64,000 bases of DNA from Octopus sinensis (lineage: Eukaryota). Shown here piece after piece: positions 24,852-36,675 of this stretch. Each line of letters begins with the position of its first letter. Position 1 is the first letter of the stretch. A program made the position numbers and the translations under genes. The notes beneath the pieces were generated by a model. That model was not told the DNA's origin. It made no database searches and was given only the letters and a program-made list of their open reading frames with translations. Location: positions 103,726,001 to 103,790,000 of the forward strand of contig NC_043001.1 of NCBI RefSeq assembly GCF_006345805.1, in the 5' to 3' direction.

Positions 24852-25479
24852 CCGAAAGACAGACAGACGGATAGAAGGATGGATGGATAAAGAATGAGTC
24901 ATACAGATAGACAGATAGATTATACTTATATTTTTGTGTATGTTATATATCGTAACACATATTGATTTAGTTTCACAATGCTCTGCTCTTTATGCGAACA
25001 AATACTAAACTGATGGTAGTTCATTTGTTATTATAATTAATTTAATAATTAACCAAATAATCGCTTAATTAACTTGTCAACTGTGACTTTCTCAATACAA
25101 AGAGACGTAGTTGTTTTCTGATTGATTTAGAGAAATCAATAAATCGATTAATTTACTGATTCTCATAGAAAATGAGTTACGAGTAGTGCCAGTAATTTTC
25201 TTGGCAGAATAAGGCACCGTGCGGTATAGATGTATGAATACATACACAGGCGCACGCATACTCACACACACACACACACACATACACACATACACACACA
25301 CATTGTGTATATGCAGACACACAAACGCTGTGTGGGAGTTCTAATAGATGGTGAGATTGAAAAAATAGGGTGTTTTCCTATCTTTTTAGCATAAGAGAAA
25401 TATTTTTTTCAAACGTAACTGTAGTAAATCTGATTTTAGCATTTGGAATATGTTAGAAACATATATTAACTAACCAACA

Positions 25480-25844
25480 CTTTATATATATCATAATATA
25501 TATATATATATATAATATATATATATTATATATATGTAAATGTATATATATAAATATATATGCATGTTATATATATGTATGTATATAAATATAAATATAT
25601 AGGTAAGTATATATGTATATATAAATATATATATATATTTATATATATATATATATAAATAAATATAAATATATAGGTATGTAATATATAATATATATAA
25701 GTATATATATATATGTATGTTATACACACAGACACACGCCATATAAATATGAAAGAGAAAATAGGCACAGACATAGGTACATATAAATATAAATGCATAT
25801 ATATACACATTCACATATATATGTATATATACATACATATATAT

Positions 25845-25889
<45 letters not shown>

Positions 25890-25954
25890 ATATACATCAC
25901 ATGCACATACACACACACCTTCCCCACACCCACACGTACATACATACACACTCA

Positions 25955-25985
<31 letters not shown>

Positions 25986-26100
25986 GGACATACATCTATG
26001 CACACACATACATAACACATACTCACATACATTCATCGGAACACTGCCACCCGGACATACACACAGACACACTCACACATCCACACACATACATACTTAC
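25480..26100. repeat. Degenerate (TA)n/(CA)n low-complexity tract
   Basis: Directly visible; irregular periodicity. Confidence 0.9.
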
Positions 26101-26769
26101 GCACATACTCGCAGGCGGCGCGCACGCACGCGCTTGCGCCGGTTCGCGCACGCATACGCGCCGCAGGCACCTCGCTCTTGGACCCGAAAGACCTCCCGCC
26201 CGTTCCTGGGACCGTCGCGTGTCGTTGGGTTTTCCCACGCCCGTCTCCGCGGGACCACTCTTCCATCTTCCCCTCAGCTGGAGTCCTTTTTCCTATACCC
26301 CCCCCCCTTTTTCGTTACACACACACGCGCACACATATACACACATTGCTTAATATATACATTACTCTTACACACATTCAATCTACTCGCCATTAATACC
26401 ACCACGACACTGGACAACACACACACCCTAACTACTACTCACACACGCTGGCACGCTACATACGCCCCCACCCCTTCCTCTCCCTCCCTTCCTCCTTCCT
26501 TCTTTTTCTTACTACTGACCTTGTCTGCTAAGCTGACCACTAGTCTCGCCCTACCTTCACACACGCCTACACACACAGACGCACACACTAACACACATAT
26601 ATATTTTTGTGTTTTTTATATCTCGCCTCACACACACACATACACACACGCACACGCCACACACACACACATACACACACATCTGTTGCGTTAACCACCT
26701 TATCTCCACTCTCTTGCCTTTAAAAACCCACTTTGCTCTGTTTTCGTAAACATCCCGCCTTTCACCATG

Positions 26770-27000
26770 TGCAACTCGTAACAACCAGTCCTTTCTCTTT
26801 TTTCTCTTTCCTGTTGCCCCGCTCTGGGATCTTTCTTTCCTCTCTCTTCCTTCTTATGTTTCCGAGAAGAGCTCCGCTCGAAACGTCATACCTCCTGCTT
26901 CCATTTCCTGAGCGCCTATTAATAATATACTGTAATTGTTCCATTGTTGTTGTTTTTTTGTTTCCCGTTTGGATTAAAATTATATATATATATATATATA
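26770..27000 (+). mobile_element. Penelope-like pseudo-LTR repeat (family HHR-C) with hammerhead-like motif at 26855-26891
   Basis: CCGA-GA-A-GAGC(tcc)GCTC-GAAA-CG-T-C. Homolog of 2760-3010. Confidence 0.6.
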
Positions 27001-27004
27001 TACC

Positions 27005-27037
<33 letters not shown>

Positions 27038-27139
27038 TATATATATAATAATATATATATATATATATGTAGGGAAAATGGAAGTTGAAATTGCCATGAG
27101 AATACTTAAAATACGTTTATTAATATATTTAAAGCTTTA

Positions 27140-28043
27140 ATCTATTTCAGAGTTAACACAGATTTTCAAAAAGTTCAAATAGAAAAACGTGGCTTATTTC
27201 CCCGCTGTCTTGCTTCCGACGAGTACTTGAAGCTTGTCCTGTTTTTATAGGGAGGTCATAGCTCAAATGAGTATATGCTCTGAATGGAATTTGATTGGTA
27301 GAGGATAGTCAGTTGTCGTAGAAATCTTTGTAGGTTCCCAGCTACGTCCATGCGTTAGTATCAAGTGACAATGTTTGAGGTCATATGGTAAGACTGACAC
27401 GGTTGACTGAAAAGGTCTAGTGAAAGTACTAAACATTCAATGCTCTGGATGTTTTCTGTCAAGTGTTTGTAGAGAATGAACTTGGGATTAAGTTTAGAAC
27501 CTTTTGTATGTTTCCAGCTACGTCGGTACGTTAGTTTCATGTGACAGTATATTTTGCCCCTAAGATGAAGGCCGACACGGTTGAGTGAGTGGCCGAATGA
27601 GTTTTGTGCGTGAATGAGTTTTGTGTGTGTTAAAGTTTGTTTGTAATTTTGTATGAAAGTGCTTTCTTTGTTTATCTGTGCTTCTTCTGTGATATTTACT
27701 GAACATAGGTAGAATGGGAACACCTGGAATTCGGGGGACTTATTTTTTGCACATACGTCTATGTGTTCACTCAGTGGAATCTGTCTTGTACTGGTGTCTC
27801 GTATTTGTTGTCGGTGAATGGTCAGTCTGTTTCTCAGAGTAAGATTTGCTTGACCTATGTAATCTTCATTACATCTTTCACATTTGATAACATATATTAA
27901 CTTCTTTGAAGACATGTAGAATAATTTTTTTACAGTACAAAAATCTATCCTGATTTGTATTTGTATGTTGTCTTCAAAAAGATTGATGCAAAGTCTTCAA
28001 TGAGGTTGGTACAAGTCCCGCAATTGGGGTGGCCACACTTGTA
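27140..28043 (-). mobile_element. Penelope-like retroelement 3' fragment (GIY-YIG endonuclease plus downstream UTR/pLTR)
   Basis: Minus strand KCGHPNCGTC, then ORF SSKKLIYVIKCERCNEDYIGQANLTLRNRLTIHRQQIR...ESTFIQNYKQTL. This is the PLE-type GIY-YIG domain preceded by its Cys linker. Confidence 0.9.
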
Positions 28044-28044
28044 T

Positions 28045-28530
28045 CAGTGTAACAATTCTCTTTTTCGCTGATCATTAGCTTTAAGTTAACATACGCTGAG
28101 CAGCTGATCTCCATAATTCTCCTCTCTATCCCAAATCATCGTATCAAGTCTACTGTGCTTACATTTTACTGAGGTTTCCACTGGGTTTTTCCACCAGCAC
28201 TTCTTGTTATTATGAGTGGTTATGGCTTCTGCCATACTGTGGGTATTATTTCTTTGTCTCCGACATTATAGAGTGTCCCAGATACAACATCATATTTCAT
28301 CGATAGATAATATTGTGATGACATTTTCAGACAACTCCTTATGGTGCCGGTGATATCTTCAGTGTTAACTTCACAAAGTCTGCATCGGTTGTCACATTTT
28401 ACTGCTCTTCCTGCATCTCTGTTCCTTTTGTGCATCAGGTTCTTGGTTGATATTTCCAGTTTCTGGATTGCAAACGCATACCCTTCAAAGTGGGAGGAAG
28501 TAATCCGCTTGTTGGTTCATGCTAGACTAC
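28045..28530 (-). pseudogene. R4/Dong-clade non-LTR retrotransposon relic (zinc knuckle plus restriction-like endonuclease)
   Basis: Minus strand: HFEGYAFAIQKLEISTKNL..CRLCEVNTEDITGTIRSC..YDVVSGTLY / KCWWKNPVETSVKCKHSRLDTMIWDREE / EISCSAYVNLKLMISEKEN. Corresponds to CCHC and (RP)D..E motifs. Confidence 0.8.
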
Positions 28531-28847
28531 ATTGATGATCAATGTTACTATCATCTCGTAGCTTTCTACTAACATATCGATGCACAGTCTACGTATCTAT
28601 GTATCTTTGTATGTACATGTGTGTATGTATGTATGTTTCTATGTATGCATACATATCTTATTGTCCTAGGAGTATCATTATGCAAAAGATGATAGACGCG
28701 TAATTATTATTATTTGTGCAATGACCCCCCACACACACACACACACCAAAGACAACGAAATCCATTTCAACACATGAATTCACATCAGGAATTTTACGAA
28801 CCAAAGACAAAAACGAAATATGTGTATATAAATATATATATATATAT

Positions 28848-28915
<68 letters not shown>

Positions 28916-28991
28916 TATATATTATGTATATGTATTTATGTATATAATATATTTAATATATACATATATATAATATTATATATATATATAT

Positions 28992-29042
<51 letters not shown>

Positions 29043-29519
29043 GTGTGTGTGTCTCTGTGTGTCTCTGTGTGTTGTGTGTAGGTATGATTGTATGAAACGT
29101 TTAGTAAACGTGTATATAAATGAATATATGTACGTGTGTATGTGTGTGTCTGTGTACGCGTTTGTGTTTATATTTGCATGTGTGTATGTGTATATATGAA
29201 TATGTCAATCTACGTGTGTCTCTACGTAAGTATGCTTGTATGTATATATGGACGTATATAAATAAGTATATTTGTATATGTTTATAAGGCGGTGCGTATT
29301 GTTGTTCTGGGATTGCTACTCTGTTGTTACTACTTGCAGTTCCTTTACGATTTCCGGATCGTTGGCAACGGAGAATCTGCTTGGATTGGCATTCCAAACA
29401 ACCGACACTTTAGATAATTCCCTACTGTTTTTCTTATACTCCAGTCATATACACGAATACATACGTATGCATATATATACATATATAGCAATATATTTGT
29501 ATGTATATACATGTGTGTG

Positions 29520-29564
29520 CGTCTCTCTCTCTCTCTCTCTTTATATATATATATATATATATAC

Positions 29565-29650
<86 letters not shown>

Positions 29651-30670
29651 GGGTGTATGCATATATAGTTCCATATGGACATATATGTACGTTTCTATGC
29701 ATATACACGTGCATGCGTTCATGTATGTATGTATGTATGTATGTATGCATGCACTCATACATACATGTATGTATATATGCATGTATGTATGTATGCATGT
29801 ATATATGAATATATGTCTGTATGTATGAATGTATGTATATACGTATGTATGCATGCATATATATGTATGTATGTATGCATGTATGTATGCATATATGCAT
29901 GCATGCCTGTATGTATGAATGTATGTACGTATGCATGCATGTATTAATGTATGTATATACGTACGTATTCATGCATGTATATATGTATATATGTATGTAT
30001 GTACGTATGTATGCATGGATGCATGTATGTATATATGTATGTATGCATGCATGTATGTATGTATGTATGTATGGACGCATGTATGGATGCATGTATGTAT
30101 GTATGTATGCATGCATGCATGCATGTATGTATGTACGTATGTATGGATGCATGTATGTATGTATGTATACATGCATGCATGCATGTATGTATATATGTAT
30201 GTATGTATGCATGCATGTACGTATGTATGGACGCATGTATGGATGTATGTATGTATGTATGTATGTACGTATATATGCATGGATGCATGTATGTATATAT
30301 GTATGTATGCATGTATGCATGTATGTATGTACATATGTATGGATGCATGTATGTATTATGTATGTATGTATGTATGTATGCATGTATGTATGTATAGATG
30401 GATGCATGTATGTAAGTATGTATGTATGTATGTATGTATGTATGTATGCATGTATGTATAGATGGATGCATGTATGTAAGTATGTATGTATGTATGTATG
30501 TACGTATGCATGCATGCATGCATGCATGTATGTATGTATGTATGTATGTATGTATGCATGTATGTACGTATGTATGTATGTATGTATGCATGTATGTATG
30601 TATGTATGTATGTATGCATGTATGCACGTATGTATGCATGGATGTATGTATGTATGTATGTATGTATGCG
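29520..30670. repeat. (TAGA)n followed by ~1 kb of alternating purine-pyrimidine (TATG/CATG/TACG) satellite
   Basis: Directly visible. Confidence 0.95.
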
Positions 30671-31309
30671 TACACGTAGTTGCAGTCTCCTATTGGCTCT
30701 ATTAAACGCTGTTCGTATGATGCATTGAACTCCATCATCGATGTAATAATTGATGGCTGAGTTTAAACAAGAATGTATGCAAGCATGTATTCATGTACGT
30801 GTGCGTGTGTTGCACATGCGCGTGTGTGCAAGTGGATGTAAGCGAGTGTGTGTGTGTGTGTATGTGTGTGTGTGTGTGCGTGCGTCTGTGTCTGTGTTCT
30901 GTCATTTTGTGTGAAGATATTTGTTTAGGCTTTTGTATGTGTAAATACACACACACAGACACACACACAGAGACACACACAGAGACACAATGGTATGCAG
31001 TAATAGAAGAGAGAATAAATGGTATAGAAATTTAATTGGTATCGATCTTATTATAAATAAGCTCAATAAAGCGCTGAGCATTCTTGTCAATGTTGCCAGA
31101 AGCCAGAGGTTTTGCGTTATAGAACGGCGCTAAAAGAACTCTGTTCTGCGAGAAACAACTGATTTACTGCATCTCTTTGTTCAAGACAAAGATTTCTTTC
31201 TCTTCTCACACAACAACAGCGAAATTACTCCAAATCAAAAAATGGGATTTTCCTATCTCATATAGCTCTCTTTATATTCTTTTCTTGTTTCCAGTCGTCT
31301 CCTATTTCT

Positions 31310-31343
31310 TCTTCTTCATCATCATCATCATCATCATCATCTC

Positions 31344-31398
<55 letters not shown>

Positions 31399-31680
31399 CT
31401 TTCATTTCTTTCTTTTCCTTCTTCCCATTGTTCTTCCTTTTCTTCTTCTTCATCATCTTCTTCTTCTCCTTCTTCTTCTTCCCCTTCTTTCTTTCTCTCT
31501 CTCCTTCCTTCCTTTCTTTCTTTCTTTCTTTCTTTCTTTCTCTCTCCCTCCAACTCTCTCCAGCTTCTTTCTTTTGTATCTCTTTTTCCATCCACTTGCT
31601 ACGTTGTTTTTTCTTCATTTCATTACTATTTTATTATCATTATGATTATTGTTGTTGTTGTTGAAGTTGTTGTTGTTACC
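31310..31680. repeat. Compound (CAT)/(TAT)/(CTT)/(CTTT)/(GTT) microsatellite
   Basis: Directly visible. Confidence 0.95.
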
Positions 31681-31684
31681 AAAT

Positions 31685-31910
31685 ATACGGCAGTGAGCTG
31701 TCAGAATTTTTCGTACGGTGGGCAAAATGCTGACCTTCATTTCGTCCGTCTTTACGTTCTGACTTCAAATTCCGCCCAGGTCAATTTTACTTTTCATTTT
31801 TTTTATGATCGATAAAATAAGTACCAGTTGAATATTGAGGGTTAGGTCTATGTAATTTACTTTCCTCACACCCGAAATTGCTAGCCTTATACCCAAATTT
31901 GAAACCATTA
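31685..31910 (+). mobile_element. SINE family A, degenerate
   Basis: ggcagtgagctgtcagaa...ttcaaattccgcccaggtcaa...gataaaataagtaccagttg. Confidence 0.8.
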
Positions 31911-32056
31911 TTACCGAGGCGTATTAAAGGTTTTGATGTCAGTACCGTGTCTTACGTTTTGTGCTAGCAGTGCGAGATGATCACGTGATTAAGAAATTTA
32001 CAAAAGGATTTCGAGCTTGCACTGAAAGCGAGATCTTTTAGAATAAGAATATGTCT

Positions 32057-32187
32057 ACAGAATTTACATTTCTATATTTAAGAGATGAGCAATTATGTAC
32101 ATTATTTACATTTGACGGATATTTGTCAAATGTACATGTACTCAATTCCTAAGGTATTTTCCATGTTATTATTATTTATTATTATTA

Positions 32188-32235
<48 letters not shown>

Positions 32236-32592
32236 CACAATTATTATTATTTATTCAACTGTGAGAAAGCCCACGGACATATGGCATAGTGGTTAAAAGA
32301 GCGAGATACTTACCCCAAGATTTCGAATTCGATTCCAGGCTGTGACCTGAATAATAATAATAATATTAATATTAATAATAATAATAACAACAACAACAAC
32401 AACAACAATACCGAAAAATAGATTAGAAATGAGAATCAACTATCGAAATTTCCCCAAGACACCTGTTGAAGGCTGGAGCGTATATCAGCCGAAACGTTGT
32501 GTTAACAAGAACCAAGATGAGGACAAATATCCGTCAAATGTAAATAATGTAAATAACGTACATAATTCCTCATCTCTTAAATATAGAAATGT
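32057..32592. mobile_element. Inverted composite insertion of the tRNA-head/hammerhead element, flanked by an 11-bp TSD
   Basis: AGAATATGTCT at 32046-32056 and 32593-32603. Terminal inverted copies of acatttctatatttaagagatgag. Full forward element at 32272-32592. Confidence 0.8.
32458..32503 (+). ncRNA. Minimal type I hammerhead ribozyme motif
   Basis: ACAC-CTGTTGA-A-GGCTG(gagcgtatat)CAGCC-GAAA-CG-T-T-GTGT. Perfect stems I and II, palindromic AACGTT stem III, A6 changed to U. Confidence 0.7.
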
Positions 32593-32821
32593 AGAATATG
32601 TCTGAGTAAACAAAGTGATCAAAGACAGCAAAATAGGTAATGGCCGTATATGGTGCACTCTCTTCAGCACCACATCCAACTCATTAACTATCGACAAACA
32701 CTTAGTAATATAATACGGTTGCTAAAGAAATACGGTGTCAATACCACAATTAATATGAATGCAGCAGTTACCAGGAATGTGTTTAATTATGCAAACTTAC
32801 TATATATTATATATACTATAC

Positions 32822-32868
<47 letters not shown>

Positions 32869-32898
32869 TATCTATATATATATATATTATATAATATA

Positions 32899-33038
32899 GT
32901 GGCTGTGTTGTAAGTAGCTTGCTTACTAAACACATGGTGCCGCGTCCAGTCCCCAGTGCGTGACACCTTGGGCAAGTGTCTTCTACTACACTCGGGCCGA
33001 CAAAAGCCTTGTGAGTGGAAACTGAAAGAAGCCCATCG

Positions 33039-33086
<48 letters not shown>

Positions 33087-33345
33087 CGTGTGTGTGTGTG
33101 TATGTATGAATGTATGTATGTATGTATGTGTGTGTATGTTTGTGTGTGTGTTTGTTCCTCCAGCATCGCTTGACAACAGATGCTGGTGTGTTTTCGTCCC
33201 CGTAACTTAGCGGTTCGTCAAAAGAGACCGATAAAATAAGTACTAGGCCTAGAGAGAATAACTCCTGCGGTCGATTTGTTCGACTAAAGGCGATGCTCCA
33301 GCATAGCCACAGTCAAATGAATGAAACAAATAAAAGAATAAAATA
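32899..33345 (+). mobile_element. SINE family C, full length with internal (TA)n(TG)n
   Basis: Head gtggctgtgttgtaagtagcttgc; tail ...cagcatagccacagtcaaatgaatgaaacaaataaaagaat. Confidence 0.92.
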
Positions 33346-33852
33346 ATAAAAGAACGTCCATTTTCGTGTTACAGCGCTAAATTCTCTGGTTACTTAAGCA
33401 ATGGATTTGTGGATAATCCACGGATTAGACTTGGTGTTAAAGAAGGAACTATAAATACACATATACACCTATTACCTATTCTTTTGTCTTTGATCGTATT
33501 GTTTAGATCGTAAGTGAAACGTCGAAACTTTCAGCGCTGGTTCGAAATTCGATAGACATTCTACAGACATAACTTCTGCTAATACAGAAACAAGAGATCG
33601 TATTCACTTATAAACACCTAGTATATGGTCGGTAGTATATTATGGTGGCAAAACTGCCAGCAATTTACACATAGATACGCCGAGGGATGAGTGGTTCTTT
33701 GTGTGAGGGAGCGTGTCTCTATGAAATAATATTGTCGATCATTTCATCGAAATTTTCTATGCATCCAATTAACCATCTTGCCCTTATTGTTCGATTGTTG
33801 ATCTTTAAACCACTCATGTTCAGGGATCTTTAATTTCTACGTGTGCCTGTGT

Positions 33853-33900
<48 letters not shown>

Positions 33901-34282
33901 GTGCGTGTGTGCGTGTGTGCGTGTGCGTTTAAGCTAAGTAATAGAATAATAGAATATTCGATAAGCGAATCGTAGCAATAAAATATCGATAAAGGAGGCG
34001 AAGTGTTCGTGACTGGAACCCAATTCGATTTGTAAAATTTCGATATACAAAATAAACAGCATACTCCCTTTTGACCATCACTGTTGCAACAACGTTATAA
34101 TCCATCATAGAAATTGGTTTTAAAACTGTCATCATCAAAAGGAAGAGGTTTTCTACCATTTCAAATACTTCTAAAATACAGAGTTTTTGCCTCTCATCCA
34201 AATGGAAGCTACATTAATAAAAAGATCTGAGGATAGGTATTTAAGGTTCGTATGTGTATTTATTCACATTTACACACACACA

Positions 34283-34375
<93 letters not shown>

Positions 34376-34504
34376 TACGCACACACACAAACACACTCAC
34401 ACATACCATGGACCCTCCCGTCTTAGACGACGTATGAGGTTTCGACAATTTCTTGCCGAACAACCACACAGATGATCTGTTTATAGTAATCAAATGTTTG
34501 CGTA

Positions 34505-34700
34505 GACATAAGCTCATTCCTTCCATCAGATCGACATTACATGTACAGGTGCAACTGGGTGCTACATGTCACATGTCGAAATGGTCGCAGAGCAACTTGA
34601 AATGAAGTGCATTGCTCAAGAACACAGCGCAACACTCGGTCTGGAATCGAACCCGCGATCTCGCAATCATGAGCACAGCACCCTAACCAGTAAGCCATGC
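34505..34700 (-). mobile_element. Head X SINE, diverged
   Basis: gaaatgaagtgcattgctcaagaacacagcgc..ggaatcgaacccgcgatc..ccctaaccagtaagccatgc. Confidence 0.7.
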
Positions 34701-34804
34701 ATTATAAATATAAATATGAATGTGTGTATGTGTGTGTGTGTGTGTGTGTGTGCGTATGTGTGTGTGTACGTATATGTACATATACATATATATATAGATA
34801 AATA

Positions 34805-34937
34805 TATATTGCCGGTAAGTAGCTTGTTTACCAATTATATGGTTCAGTCCCACTGCGTGGCACGTTGGGCAAGTTTATTCTTAGACGACCGAACCCTTGT
34901 GAGTGGATTTGGTAGACGGAAACTGAAAGAAGCCCGT

Positions 34938-34973
<36 letters not shown>

Positions 34974-35092
34974 CGTGTGTGTGTGTGTGTTTGTGTCTGT
35001 GTTTGTCCCCCCACCATTACGCCCCCGTAATTTAGCAGTTCTCCAGCGTGGCCGCAGTCAAATGACTGAAACAAGCAAAAGAATAAAAGAAC
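34805..35092 (+). mobile_element. SINE family C with internal deletions
   Basis: ggtaagtagcttgtttacc..gtggatttggtagacggaaactgaaagaagcccg..ccagcgtggccgcagtcaaatgactgaaac. Confidence 0.88.
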
Positions 35093-35889
35093 AATATGTA
35101 TATATATATATATATTATATATATATATTATATATAAGGTATATATGTATATATGTGTAGCGATGTTCCACCGCTATAATAGGTCGCTATATGAAAGAAT
35201 ATAATAGAATATAAAAAGGCAATGACACGGCAGAAGCTGCAAAGAGTATGTCTGAGTATATTACGGTATAATTCGATTTGTTGGTTCAAATTTCAATAAT
35301 TTATTAGCTTTTACCAATCTAGCAGTCGATGAAATAGGGCCCAGACAATTACTGGCGTCTGTTCAATTGATTATAATAAGCTATCTCATCTAAATTTGTG
35401 TTGATGTGGCGGTCTATAGAATCGTATTTTCTTGTCTAAGAGTCTCAGCTTCTCTATATTTATCTTTTGATTTTATGCTTATTGGGACAGACTAACACCT
35501 AAGAACGAGCATCGGTTTCACTACGAGATCGATCGAGCGATGCTAGAAAGAACCGCGAAATGTCAAAATAGATCTGTGTTGAATAAAAAGGAAGCTACAT
35601 CGCAAAAGATTTAGCAATCCGTCACACGCGGATACACACAAGTGGACACACACACACATACATGCACACATAAGCGCGCATACATACATGCGGAAAAACA
35701 GAGCGCGACAGAGACAGACAGACAGTGCCTAAGTAAGTATGCATGTTTTATAGCGTCAGACAAAATGTCTTATACTCTTTTACGGCGCTCTGCCGTCCGA
35801 TGTTCAAATTTTGTTGACCGGTTCTGCTTTCCATTTTCTTTGATTGATAACAAAGAAAAACAAAGTTATTGTTGCATTAATGCCCGCTC

Positions 35890-36342
35890 TTGCTTTTAAC
35901 TCGTATCAACGTGCTGGATTCAAATCTGAGATTAGTTTTTCTATGTAAACTCTAGATTTTATGCAATACAGCTTACTCTGTTTTCTCAAAATTTGGACAC
36001 CTTTCACACAGTGACATGCCCCATCTGAAAAACTTATAGCCATTTACTCAATTATACTCAAAATAACAGCCTAATAGGACTGCATGGCTTTCATTCGTGG
36101 CAGTAATAGAAAACTTTCTCGGTAATAAAAAAAGGCTGACAACGATGAACCTCTTGTAGTTAATATGTTGTCGGCTTTTCGTAATCTTGGATGTAATATG
36201 AGGGTTAAACTCCATTTCGTATACATTCATCTTGATAGATTCCCTGTGAACCTAGAAGCAGTAAGTGACGAACAAGGTGAGGGGTCCCATCAGGACCTCA
36301 GGTCCATGAAAGAGCGTTACCAAGGAAGATGGGGGAAACAGT
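35890..36342 (+). pseudogene. Chapaev3-like (CMC superfamily) transposase C-terminal relic with terminal sequence
   Basis: Manual translation of 36079-36342: AWLSFVAVIENFLGNK / ADNDEPLVVNMLSAFRNLGCNMRVKLHFVYIHLDRFPVNLEAVSDEQGEGSHQDLRSMKERYQGRW. Matches the recalled family motif SDEQGERFHQD...RYQGRW; the superfamily name is from memory. Confidence 0.65.
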
Positions 36343-36632
36343 AAGAATTAGTAAAAAAAATCTTAGTAAAAAATCTTATGCAACTGAGACTTCGAAAACA
36401 AATTCTTACCCTGTATAATATACGTACCTCTGTCATGTGCAAGAAGCTAGAAATTAATATCTTTATACCATATATGCATGAAGAGGGAGCAGAGAACGTG
36501 CTACAGCTAAAACTGTCTCTTAATTTAAATTTCGTGAATGACCAGTATTCAATGCCGATTCTTTCTAACCTTTTTAATATTTCTGCATTGTTGACAGGAA
36601 GTTCTTTAAGCAAATACTTATAACTTTCGTAC

Positions 36633-36675
<43 letters not shown>

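Noticed and set aside
26178-26190. GACCCGAAAGA, also found in large-subunit rRNA
   Set aside because: An 11-bp match only; flanks are not rRNA-like.
33375-33509. Possible 135-nt plus-strand exon; also acceptor/donor pairs at 48629-48684 and 49093-49236
   Set aside because: Such pairs arise often by chance in AT-rich DNA. The peptides are unrecognisable or all frames are closed.
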